Source of the DNA: Nitrospira sp.
GTDB taxonomy: Bacteria; Nitrospirota; Nitrospiria; Nitrospirales; Nitrospiraceae
DNA length: 64,000 bases
NCBI GenBank assembly: GCA_005116835.1
Contig: SWDM01000012.1
Coordinates: 36,454 to 100,453, forward strand
Direction of reading: 5' to 3'
Shown piece after piece: positions 38,320-47,296 of this stretch. The position numbers were made by a program, and so were the translations under genes. Within the stretch, counting starts at the first letter, position 1; every line of letters begins with the position of its first letter. A model generated the notes under the pieces. The model was not told the DNA's origin. It ran no database searches and saw only the letters and a program-made list of their open reading frames with translations.

Positions 38320-39330
38320 CTAATCTTTGGGATAAAGCTGACGTTGTTGATTGAGTAAATCTCGGAAGCCGCTAAAACGCTTGGCACCGAGAAGCGTATC
38401 GATGCTTCGGAGTCGTTGACCATTATTCGGGCGGCTCCGATAAGCATCTTTCATCGCTTGCTTATCTGTTGGAGAAAGATCGGGGGGTTGCACAATACTG
38501 CAATGTTCAGGGTCACCATCAGTAAACATCGCTGGCGGAAAGGAATAGTGCATGATAGAGCGATTGTCGTATGCGGTATATGTGTAGGCATGTTGACCAG
38601 TGCTTAACACTTCATCCTTCAACCGTTCCATGTTGAAGTGCATGGATTTTTTCTTTTCCTCCAATGTAGACCCAGGCCATTGATAAGACGTCAGTATTTT
38701 GTCCCAGTTCCATTTTGTGCATGGACTCGCTGGGCTTTGATGCTCATGATGGAACCCAACGGCATGTCCAGTCTCATGTTCAGTGAGTTCCTTGATTGTT
38801 TGATCATCGGGCACCGGGCGTGTATCGAAGTCGAGGTTCATACTGTTTTCAGGAAAAACGGCATCGCTCATCGTTCCGATTTGAGACCAATGGCCTCCGC
38901 CACGGACAAATCCAATCCTGATATTGTAATGTGTAATACCATCGCACTCTTTGAAAGTTTGCGGCCGACCATTCGATGGGTCGATTTGACCTCCAAAGGC
39001 AAACGTCACATTCCCTTGGCTCGCAGCTGACCACTCCATCATAGCTGCCGCAATCTTAGTGCGAAGCTCAACAGGACCTTTGTTGAAGCAAACCGTTATC
39101 TGAGCTGGAATCGGCCAGATAAATGCGTTCACAAGTACGCCACGAGTTTGTGCATCCCCTTCAGTAATATAGGCCCTGTTGAAACTTTTCACTGATTCAG
39201 GAATTTCAGGGCTTGTTAGGTCGTGCATAAGACCGGGGAGGTCATGTGCGAAACTCGTCGCACTAGAAAACGTTGTTGCCGCGAATATCATAAGACAAGG
39301 GAGCAACAAGGAAAGTCGTAGGGCATTCAT
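38320..39330 (-). CDS. Astacin-like (M12A) zinc metalloprotease, secreted
   Basis: HETGHAVGFHHEHQ (HExxHxxGxxHE) plus the SIMHY Met-turn. Signal peptide MNALRLSLLLPCLMIFAATTFSSATSFA. Confidence 0.8.
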   Translation of the reverse strand: MNALRLSLLLPCLMIFAATTFSSATSFAHDLPGLMHDLTSPEIPESVKSFNRAYITEGDAQTRGVLVNAFIWPIPAQITVCFNKGPVELRTKIAAAMMEWSAASQGNVTFAFGGQIDPSNGRPQTFKECDGITHYNIRIGFVRGGGHWSQIGTMSDAVFPENSMNLDFDTRPVPDDQTIKELTEHETGHAVGFHHEHQSPASPCTKWNWDKILTSYQWPGSTLEEKKKSMHFNMERLKDEVLSTGQHAYTYTAYDNRSIMHYSFPPAMFTDGDPEHCSIVQPPDLSPTDKQAMKDAYRSRPNNGQRLRSIDTLLGAKRFSGFRDLLNQQRQLYPKD

Positions 39331-39564
39331 TACAGGTCTCCTTCTTTACATGGACACTTCGGGTAGTACTGTCCACATGGGAACAATGTGCGTTTCCTTA
39401 TCAATAACTACAACTGGGCTTGTAAGCCCGCATCGCAAGGATGGGACACAGAACGAGGAACCCAGATTCTCTGGGCCGTCAGTTATGGTATGCGTGTCTC
39501 TGAGTATGCAGGGCGCCTCTGGGTGCTTGACATTCAAGACTGTTGCTTTCTTTCACTTACCTGC

Positions 39565-41274
39565 CTAGGGAACCGTAGCTGATAAATTCCTGGCCTTCTG
39601 TTCGGCAATTTCTTGTTCCAATTTCATGATCTTTAGACGCTGTATCAGTAGTTGCTCCTGCGTGCCGAGACTTTCCAGTTCCACTTCCGATGAAGTGGCG
39701 GTACCGGTACGTACAGCGTCGAGCCGTTGTTGATCACGAATTAACTGCAACTGAGCAGACACCAAGGCCTGCTGTAACTCTGCTTCCGTCTTTGCAGCCG
39801 TGGCATTGGCTTGCACCTTTGAAAGAGCCAAATCAGATTTGGCCTTATCAAGGGTTACTTGTGCTGTCGCTTGCTCAAGCAGCGCCTTGTTTGCCGCAAT
39901 CCGATCATCTCGTTTGTCTTTCTGCAACTGCAGATAAGTTCCAGCTGCATCACGTACAGTCGCGGAGGCCGATTCTGCCTTCGACTTTGCTCGGAATGTT
40001 AGTTTGCTCGGAGTCCCCGTGGCTCCATTAAATGCCAATTCAATTGAGTTCTCGTCAAATACTATGTTGTCTAAATTGATTGAGCCGATTGGGCCAAATT
40101 GCGGAATTTGCGTTGACTTTTCAAGCAGCAATTCCGCCTGATTCGACGAACTCCGATCATGCTTGAAATGAAGTTTGGCAACAGCGGCCACAGGGATTCG
40201 ATAGGCGATGCCGATCTTCTTGGAATCTGGGCCTATTGCCCCTTGGTTTATATCGATGGCCCGGCCCTTAGGAATCTCAAGAGTCATTATGACTACCGGT
40301 AGGTTTTCTTCTTTGAAATCAAGGTTTCCGCCAACTATCTTTGAAAGATCATCAGCTGTTATTCCAACGTCCATAGCCAAACCATCATGTGTTATCGCGC
40401 CTTGGTTGTTACGAATAATACTCGGAACAAAATCTTTCGAAGCCACAATGACCAGTTGACCCTTCGCTTCAGCGAGTTCTTTTGTTTTTTGTTGGGTTTG
40501 AGACTCACCTAAGTCTTTCAGCTTTTTCTCAGCTTCCCCCAGTTCCTTTCGATAGGCATTGACTTCAGTAAGCAAGTTATCTCTATCTTTTGGGGTACCC
40601 AATTTTTCATAGATTACAGTTAAATCCATGAAAGCCTTTATCCGGCGATCCATCTCTCCGATGTGAAGTTCGGCCGCTGCCCTTTCGTCATCCTTTAATT
40701 TTTCAGCTTCTAACTTACTTTTCGCGGTGCGTATTCTATCTAACGCTAGCTTGATCTGTTCACATGGATCCGGGGGTGGTGTGGATGACTCGGTAGTTGC
40801 TGGTACGGTTGAGAGTGGCGGGATAGATCCTGGCGCGCCTGGGAGAGCAATTGCCCTGGCAATACTGGCAGCAGCGGTACCTGCATTACGAATAACCGCT
40901 CCTGTCTGATCGGCGATTGAAGCATTCACACTAGTAAGCAGGCCAGCTTCAGATAACTGAAACTCGGTATTGGCCACCTTGGTTAACGCATTTAACCGTT
41001 GATAGTCGATGGTATAGGCCTCGGCACCAATGAGCGATTCCGTAAAAGATGCACTGACCTTCGTATCGAGTTTACCCTTGCCACTAGTTTGGTCGACGGT
41101 GCACCCTGTAATCTCATAGATTGCCTTGACCGCAAACTGCTTCGCCGGTAAGCGATAGGTTAAGCCTGACGGAGTATTAGTTTGACTATCGAGTCTTACG
41201 CTTTGAAGCGATGTACAGCCAGGGATCACAATGCAGCATAGCCCAGCAGTTACCAACATAGTTTTTCCGCTCAT
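39565..41274 (-). CDS. Large coiled-coil lipoprotein, unknown function
   Basis: AAGGAG upstream of ATG 41274, then MSGKTMLVTAGLCCIVIPGC with a lipobox. Beta-rich domains are interrupted by long K/E/Q/A-rich heptad segments. The 651-aa track ORF is trimmed. Confidence 0.7.
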   Translation of the reverse strand: MSGKTMLVTAGLCCIVIPGCTSLQSVRLDSQTNTPSGLTYRLPAKQFAVKAIYEITGCTVDQTSGKGKLDTKVSASFTESLIGAEAYTIDYQRLNALTKVANTEFQLSEAGLLTSVNASIADQTGAVIRNAGTAAASIARAIALPGAPGSIPPLSTVPATTESSTPPPDPCEQIKLALDRIRTAKSKLEAEKLKDDERAAAELHIGEMDRRIKAFMDLTVIYEKLGTPKDRDNLLTEVNAYRKELGEAEKKLKDLGESQTQQKTKELAEAKGQLVIVASKDFVPSIIRNNQGAITHDGLAMDVGITADDLSKIVGGNLDFKEENLPVVIMTLEIPKGRAIDINQGAIGPDSKKIGIAYRIPVAAVAKLHFKHDRSSSNQAELLLEKSTQIPQFGPIGSINLDNIVFDENSIELAFNGATGTPSKLTFRAKSKAESASATVRDAAGTYLQLQKDKRDDRIAANKALLEQATAQVTLDKAKSDLALSKVQANATAAKTEAELQQALVSAQLQLIRDQQRLDAVRTGTATSSEVELESLGTQEQLLIQRLKIMKLEQEIAEQKARNLSATVP

Positions 41275-41526
41275 TTGCTTCACTCCTTTATCTCTGAGCT
41301 GTTGGGGCGATGAAAAGGGGTCGAGAGTCTTTGTTTGGGAATGATGGCTTGTAACGCGGGACATGGCCACCAGAGTTTCGTAGAGGTTCTTGGCAAAGAT
41401 GGCGTTGCTGATGTGCCATGAGGGATTGGATATGCCAATCATTCCCTTGTGACATCGCATCCTGCATGAGGAGCTCCTACTCACGTCTAGTGCGCGCGAT
41501 AGTCCTGCTGTGTTGCTCATGCTTTG

Positions 41527-41805
41527 CTATTCCTTCGTCGCCGTACTCTTGCGAGTCCACGGCACTTGTTGACGCAGTATCTTTTGGGCTCCGACGAGGT
41601 TGGGGGTCTGATCGTATTTCAGTGTTTTCAGCCGGGCCTGGCTGCCTTCCTTCAACTGGGGGAACGTCGGTTTTCTGCTCCGACGGCGTTGAGTTGACGG
41701 TCGACCTAGGCTCGGAGCACTGCCAGTATCGAAGAGTATTCGAAGCGTTGTGATTGATGATCGCGTGGGATGTGGAAGGGTATCAGGAATCATTTCGTAT
41801 TCCAT
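41527..41805 (-). CDS. Questionable hypothetical ORF
   Basis: 92-aa ORF with basic, low-complexity composition. No RBS seen. Confidence 0.2.
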   Translation of the reverse strand: MEYEMIPDTLPHPTRSSITTLRILFDTGSAPSLGRPSTQRRRSRKPTFPQLKEGSQARLKTLKYDQTPNLVGAQKILRQQVPWTRKSTATKE

Positions 41806-41951
41806 GATGCGCGGGACGATAGCACAAGTCGTTAAAGATTCCTATCCAAACTGTTAGGTCTCGTTAAATATTTTCATATTATTCAAAGGAGTGATATTTC
41901 GCAGTTAAGCAAATTGCAGGCCTCGCCTGAAAGTATTCATTCATGGCTCTG

Positions 41952-42074
41952 GCAGGATGCTGAAAAAGTTCGCCAGCATCGTTCTCGTATCGCTTCCAAA
42001 GACCGTGAAACGCGAAACGCGAGGATCAACCTCGGAGCTGCGGCCTTACTGGACAGCCTTTTTGAACATCCTGC
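41952..42074 (+). repeat. PE copy E (type 2 core)
   Basis: gcaggatgctgaaaaagttcgccagc...ccgtgaaacgcgaaacgcgagg...cctcggagctgcggcc...cctttttgaacatcctgc. Confidence 0.8.
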
Positions 42075-42427
42075 GGCTTTGTTGATGTCGACGCCAATAT
42101 GGAAGGTTCCACTGGCATTTAGTGCATCAACTGAGTTTTTCGCAGCCTGATGGATATGTAATATCAGAGCCTCACACGACGAGCATTAACTCTGATGTGA
42201 ATCGTTTTTGATTCGCCGATGAATCTAAATTGATTCATCGCGCTGAATGATTATGATGGTGGAGGATGGGTAAGTGAGGGGAGTGTATAACGAGTTCATG
42301 GGGTGTCCCGGGCTCCGGTTTAACCCGCATAACTCATGGCTTTTCGCCGCGAAATGACGGAGTGGCGTAGGACTCGCTTGAGTCAGGTATTGGAAGTTTC
42401 GGTAGAAGTCTTCGTGAGTTAAACGGG

Positions 42428-42697
42428 CTAGGCGCGGTGGGTTTCGATGCGGTCCATGCGAGCTTTGAGGGTGGAAATATCAGTTTCGAGTGTCCGAATC
42501 CGTTGGTCGAGCTGTGAGAATGAGAGTCGGATCAGAGCACGCAGCTCTTTGAATTCGTCTCTGAATTCATCCCGTAGCTCCTGTAATTCACGGCGTATCC
42601 CTGAATGGCCCTCCGCAATTTGTCGGATGTCGCTACGAAGGGCTTCAGACACCACTCCGAAGTGTCGTTTGATTTCTTCAACCTGGGCATCATTCAT
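42428..42697 (-). CDS. Small coiled-coil protein, unknown function
   Basis: 89 aa with continuous heptad-like R/E/L pattern. Confidence 0.45.
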   Translation of the reverse strand: MNDAQVEEIKRHFGVVSEALRSDIRQIAEGHSGIRRELQELRDEFRDEFKELRALIRLSFSQLDQRIRTLETDISTLKARMDRIETHRA

Positions 42698-42963
42698 AGG
42701 CTGCTTGTATAGCCTGATCGAACAGAAAATGCAACGCGACTCTTCGAGATTGAAAGGGAATGATTGTTACCGAGAGGTGCACAGGAGGTGGGTGGCATCT
42801 GTTGCGGTCCAGAGAGTTCGAAGGAATCCCTATTGCGTGCCTTGCCGATTTTCTAAGGATGACCCCGTCTGAATGATCGAGTGCTGGAATCGGCCTCACG
42901 CCTGTTAGCTGGCTCAATTTTGAAGAAGCATTAACGTCTGCTCTTGTGGTATCAGTTCACTCT

Positions 42964-43644
42964 ATGCTGCCTCCTATTCCTCTCGGCTGGCGATCGTTGC
43001 TCACGGAAGAAACAAGTAAGCCCTACTATCGCGCTCTTGAGGTGTTTCTTGACAAAGAGCTGGCAGGCGGGCAGACGATTCTTCCTGCTCGCACGGATGT
43101 CTTCAATGCATTAGTTGCCACATCGTACGATCAGGTCCGAGTGTTGCTGATCGGCCAGGACCCCTATCCAACCCCTGGTCATGCCCATGGCCTCTGTTTC
43201 TCCGTGCAGCCGGCTGTTCGGCCTCTGCCCTTCTCACTGCGAAATATCTATCGGGAACTCCATGACGATGTGGGATGCAAGATTCCCAATAATGGGGATT
43301 TGGAACCCTGGGCTCAACAGGGTGTTCTCATGCTCAATACGGTCCTCACGGTGCGGGCGCGCCAGGCTAACTCACATCAGGGGCGTGGATGGGAGCGATT
43401 CACCGATCGTATTATTGAATTGGTTGCGGCGAAGCAGCAACGGGTGGTCTTTGTACTCTGGGGACGGGATGCTCAGAAGAAGCGGGTGCTGATCACGCAA
43501 CCGCACCATACAGTGATCGCAACTGCCCATCCCTCGCCCTTATCGGTCAGAAAGTTTTTCGGTTGCCGCTGCTTCTCACAGATCAACCGAGACCTCGTTG
43601 ATGCCGATTTGCCACCGATTGACTGGCAGATCCCAGATGTCTAG
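42964..43644 (+). CDS. ung: Uracil-DNA glycosylase (family 1)
   Basis: GQDPYPTPGHAHGLCFSV and AHPSPLS motifs. Confidence 0.9.
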   Translation: MLPPIPLGWRSLLTEETSKPYYRALEVFLDKELAGGQTILPARTDVFNALVATSYDQVRVLLIGQDPYPTPGHAHGLCFSVQPAVRPLPFSLRNIYRELHDDVGCKIPNNGDLEPWAQQGVLMLNTVLTVRARQANSHQGRGWERFTDRIIELVAAKQQRVVFVLWGRDAQKKRVLITQPHHTVIATAHPSPLSVRKFFGCRCFSQINRDLVDADLPPIDWQIPDV

Positions 43645-43734
43645 CAGAAACCGTGAAAGGTAAAACGTAAAAGGTGAAACGAGAGATATCTGCGGACCTG
43701 CGGCCTTGCTGGGCGAACTTTTTGAGCATCCTGC
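43645..43734 (+). repeat. PE copy F (type 2 core, left arm missing)
   Basis: Begins right after the ung TAG: cagaaaccgtgaaaggtaaaacgtaaaaggtgaaacg...ctgcggccttgctgggcgaactttttgagcatcctgc. Confidence 0.65.
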
Positions 43735-44105
43735 AAGAGTGGAGTTCTGTTCGGTGCGGGCTCCAAGGGGGCTGAAAAGCCCAGCCTGCTTTATTGTTCA
43801 TTCATTCTCTCTGGTGTGGTTGGCTACACGAAACCAACCAAATGAACCAGATAGACCAGACTTCCGCTCATTGACTCTCCCCTTTGAGCCCTGTATGGTG
43901 AGGTACGACGTATTGAGCCACGCCGACTGTCCCATCTCTCGCACTGCACTCCCTCCCACGTTCCCGTGCGTCTGATTCTCCGGTCTCCGCCGCTTCTACG
44001 CCAGAGTGCCCATTGGGGCAGGCTGTATCTAGATCTGTTCCGTATGGACGGACTTTTTCATTCTTCGACGAGCGGTCATCTACTAATGAACGAAGGGAGT
44101 GCCAT

Positions 44106-44351
44106 ATGAATCAAGAACAATTCGGCGCGTTTTGGATACAACTGAAGGCGCCACTCAAGGCCAAGTGGGAGAAGATCACGGATGCCGATCTCCTGGAGAT
44201 TGCAGGGAGTCTGGTCACGTTCACCGCTGTGCTGGTTAAGCGCTATGGCGCAACTGAGAATGACGCAGTCAATACATGGGCTAATAGACGCTATTCTCAT
44301 TGGTCCGGGAACTATACGAGTAAGTATGCGGATCCGGTGAAGGTAGCTTGA
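44106..44351 (+). CDS. CsbD-family stress-response protein
   Basis: FWIQLKAPLKAKWEKITDADLLEIAG. ATG follows GAAGGGAG. Confidence 0.65.
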   Translation: MNQEQFGAFWIQLKAPLKAKWEKITDADLLEIAGSLVTFTAVLVKRYGATENDAVNTWANRRYSHWSGNYTSKYADPVKVA

Positions 44352-44442
44352 TTCGTCGCGTAGGGAGAGGTGACCGATGCGGGGCTGGCTCGTGAAGAGT
44401 GCAATGTTAAGAAATCTGACGAGGAAGAGGAAAGGGTAGTTT

Positions 44443-44787
44443 ATGAAAAAGATTGTGATCAATAAGAGCTACGATAAGTTTTCAGTCAGTCACCTGGCAT
44501 TTGTACGATTGCGTGAACTGGGCCAGCAGGATGCGCTCAAGGAAACGGATCTCGGGGCCTATTGGCCTGAGGCTGCGACGCCGAGAGAGCCGAGTCTCAA
44601 TCAGTGCGGAGTCATGATTCCCCGCGACGATTTGAAGCTGGCCCAAGTGGTGGAGGAACTCGGTGTGGCTGCCAATGGCCATGGCGCAGAGCTACGGGTA
44701 GTGACGATTCCAGACGATATTCGATGGGAAATCACAGCGGTGGGCGGAAGAGAGCACGTGAGCGAGGTTCACCGGACCTGGGCGTAG
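44443..44787 (+). CDS. Hypothetical protein
   Basis: 114-aa ORF. No family recognised. Its TAG overlaps the first base of PE copy G. Confidence 0.5.
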   Translation: MKKIVINKSYDKFSVSHLAFVRLRELGQQDALKETDLGAYWPEAATPREPSLNQCGVMIPRDDLKLAQVVEELGVAANGHGAELRVVTIPDDIRWEITAVGGREHVSEVHRTWA

Positions 44788-44910
44788 CAGGATGCTGAAA
44801 AAGTCCGCCAGCTTTGTTCTCGCATCGCTCAGAGGCTCAACGTACCGAAACGTACGCCTCGCCTCTTCGCTCGCTGCGGCCGCGCTGGACGGCCATTTTG
44901 AGCATCCTGC
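44787..44910 (+). repeat. PE copy G (type 1 core; used here as reference copy)
   Basis: gcaggatgctgaaaaagtccgccagc...ctcaacgtaccgaaacgtacgcctc...gctggacggccattttgagcatcctgc. Confidence 0.85.
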
Positions 44911-44997
44911 TGGTTGTCCCTGGGTGAGTCGGAACTCTATCTTTGCGAGTCGCGCTTGTCGCGCACCTCTCGCCAGTCTCGCCCATGAAACTACAGG

Positions 44998-45246
44998 CTA
45001 GGCCTTCTTCGGAAGGTGGCTCTGTGTCATGTCCAGTGTCCCTTCCAGCAGCAACTTTGCTCGTTGAAACGAGTTAGATCTTGCTTCCCATTCCGTCTTG
45101 TAGCCCTTCGAGGGATCTTGGTCCTGTAGGCCTCCGTCGAGGTGGCTGAACCCAGGAATCGAAAACCTGCATAGCCATTTACCACTCTTGATTTGGCTGG
45201 TCACCAAGATCACTTTCTGGCCTTTGGCATAGCAGACTTCTGTCAT
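44998..45246 (-). CDS. Hypothetical protein
   Basis: 82-aa ORF. No family recognised. Confidence 0.35.
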   Translation of the reverse strand: MTEVCYAKGQKVILVTSQIKSGKWLCRFSIPGFSHLDGGLQDQDPSKGYKTEWEARSNSFQRAKLLLEGTLDMTQSHLPKKA

Positions 45247-45354
45247 GATCAGCTCCGAATTGCGCTAGGGGCAGGACAAGCGAGACCGGCGCGACGTATA
45301 AGCATGATGCAGCTAATCACGCTTTTCCCGCCAGGCGCATGTCTCGCATGATTT

Positions 45355-45705
45355 TCAGGACGGCTTGACGAACCGATCCGGTGACAGCACGCTGTGCAGC
45401 GACTGTGTGACGGCGCGGCGATAGGGTGCTTTCTGCCGCAGGATGATGACCAGATCTTCATCGTCGATCAAGATCGATAAATCGCTTTCGGTCACGAGCT
45501 GCCGATCCGGGGCTCCGATATTCATACGATACTGTGTCTTTCCGTCAGGATTCCGGTCTGGACCACTAACAATCTCGGTCAGCCCATCGATGAATCCAAC
45601 ATGGCCTTCATGTCGGTGCTTGACCTTGGTGCCATCAGGAATGCGGACCCATGCTGATTTGGCTGCTCCTAGCTGTGGGGGCTTCGTGGGCTTGACGACA
45701 TTCAT
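45355..45705 (-). CDS. Hypothetical protein
   Basis: GGGAGAGAG upstream of ATG 45705 (MNVVKPTKPP...). No family recognised. Confidence 0.5.
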   Translation of the reverse strand: MNVVKPTKPPQLGAAKSAWVRIPDGTKVKHRHEGHVGFIDGLTEIVSGPDRNPDGKTQYRMNIGAPDRQLVTESDLSILIDDEDLVIILRQKAPYRRAVTQSLHSVLSPDRFVKPS

Positions 45706-46324
45706 GGTCTCTCTCCCTGTAAATCTATACGGAGTGAACAATATTCCTGCTTGTTTCCATCGCCGATTCCGCTGTTACGGAGTCGGCGGATCGCCGGTCT
45801 CTTACGTGTGGCTTCAATTCAAGCACGGTATGAGTCTGTATGTCGTTGACGTAGGCAGCAGAAACTATGAGAACGATCCTATCGCGTACCGTTATACGAA
45901 ACGACATGCGAGGGATAATTCCGCACCCATGGTTCGGCTGGGTGAATCACTGTACCACACACCGATCTGCCAATGCGAGCTTGGTTGGTGCATCCTCTTG
46001 TGAGTCAGATCCTCGCGCTCCGACCAGAGTGGCCTATCCATGGTCTGCCGGTCTGTGTTGTGCATTATTGTCCAGATAATCGACTCAATGAAATCGGCAA
46101 AATCAATACAAGAGATCAGACTGGGAGGTCGTTCTCCATTGCCCCGCCTATCTGCACATATGTGAAAAACTCTTTGCTTCCAGGGCTAGAGCTGGTACCT
46201 CTATGAAAGATAGAGTGATTTCCCTTGAAGACATACGATGCTCTATGCAGCAACAGGGTGGTGGATTCATAGAAGGCATGGTCCTCTGGGCCATTGCATG
46301 GAAACGAACCTAATGAGGCGAGGT

Positions 46325-47020
46325 ATGAAGCTCCAGATCTTGACAGGTGGAATGTTGTGCCTGGCCATCTTCAGCAGCACCGCTTGTGTCACGCAGGGTA
46401 CTTACAACATCGCTGCTGCCGAACTTGAAGCGAGGAAAGCCGAGATTGATGGCCTCAATAGCCAATCTCAGGCGCTTGCAGAACAAGTTCGCGAGCTTGA
46501 ACAACACAAGGTCGTTCTGAGCGGGCAAAGGGAGGCAGTGTCGTCGGTACTCCAGCGGGCTAAGCAGCAAGCAAAGATCGAGCACAGGTTTTGGGAAGAA
46601 CGAATCAGTAAACTCAATCGCACGATCACTGAGTTGACTGTCGAGCAGAAGAAGCTGCGGTCCACCATTCAACGTGCCCATAAAGAGCAACCTGAGTTGC
46701 AATTGCTCGTTGAAGTATCTAAATCGAAAATCGATGAGTTAGTCAGAATCAGAGAGTCACAATCCTCACCACCGAATGAACGGACCAATCAGCCGACTCA
46801 GGCAGCTGTTACCCCGCCACAAGGAGGAGGTCAGACAGACTCCGCTTCAAAGCCGATTGTGACGACGGCTGCAACATCAGCAGATCCGAACGCCGGCGAC
46901 CAGAAGGTGGCGCCGAGAAGTAAGCCGACTCCCGAACCAGTCGAAGATGACTGGCTGTCAATCGTCAAGGAATGGGCTGCGTCTATCTGGCAGTCGATCT
47001 TCTCCTTAACAGGGCTGTAA
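46325..47020 (+). CDS. Coiled-coil lipoprotein
   Basis: MKLQILTGGMLCLAIFSSTAC lipobox, a long coiled coil and a Pro/Thr-rich tail. Confidence 0.6.
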   Translation: MKLQILTGGMLCLAIFSSTACVTQGTYNIAAAELEARKAEIDGLNSQSQALAEQVRELEQHKVVLSGQREAVSSVLQRAKQQAKIEHRFWEERISKLNRTITELTVEQKKLRSTIQRAHKEQPELQLLVEVSKSKIDELVRIRESQSSPPNERTNQPTQAAVTPPQGGGQTDSASKPIVTTAATSADPNAGDQKVAPRSKPTPEPVEDDWLSIVKEWAASIWQSIFSLTGL

Positions 47021-47029
47021 AGTCTGGTA

Positions 47030-47154
47030 GCAGGCTGTTGACAAAGTCCGCCAGCGGCGTTCTCGCATCGTTCAGACCCTCAACGTACCGCAAGGGTACG
47101 CCTCGGGCCTTCACTCGCTGCGGCCTTGCTGGACGGCCTTTCTGAACAGCCTGC
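47030..47154 (+). repeat. PE copy H (type 1 core)
   Basis: Both termini carry gcaggctgtt instead of gcaggatgct. Starts 9 nt after the upstream TAA. Confidence 0.8.
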
Positions 47155-47296
47155 GAAGAATCGTGAATGAAGTCTGTCGGCATCCAGGTGCTAATGGTTT
47201 CGGGGTGTGTACGTTGTTTGTCAACTCCCGATCGCGCCGAGACGCGCGTTTGTCCCAAGCGACCACATTTCAATAATGGCCCTTCCTTCTCCCTTC

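Noticed and set aside
36787-41274. A gasdermin-plus-caspase style anti-phage module
   Set aside because: There is no gasdermin-like ORF of about 250-300 aa next to the caspase gene. Both proteases and the lipoprotein carry export signals, so a cytoplasmic pore-forming defence logic does not fit.
44792-45001. ORFs that read through the palindromic element, giving peptides such as MLKKSASFVLASLRGSTYR. The same applies to 27416-27718, 32260-32538, 41914-42150, 43583-43801, 52705-52989 and the first 52 codons of 52820-54220.
   Set aside because: Copies are conserved at the nucleotide level while indels shift the reading frame between copies, and both strands give ORFs of similar length. This behaves as a structured non-coding repeat, not a gene family.
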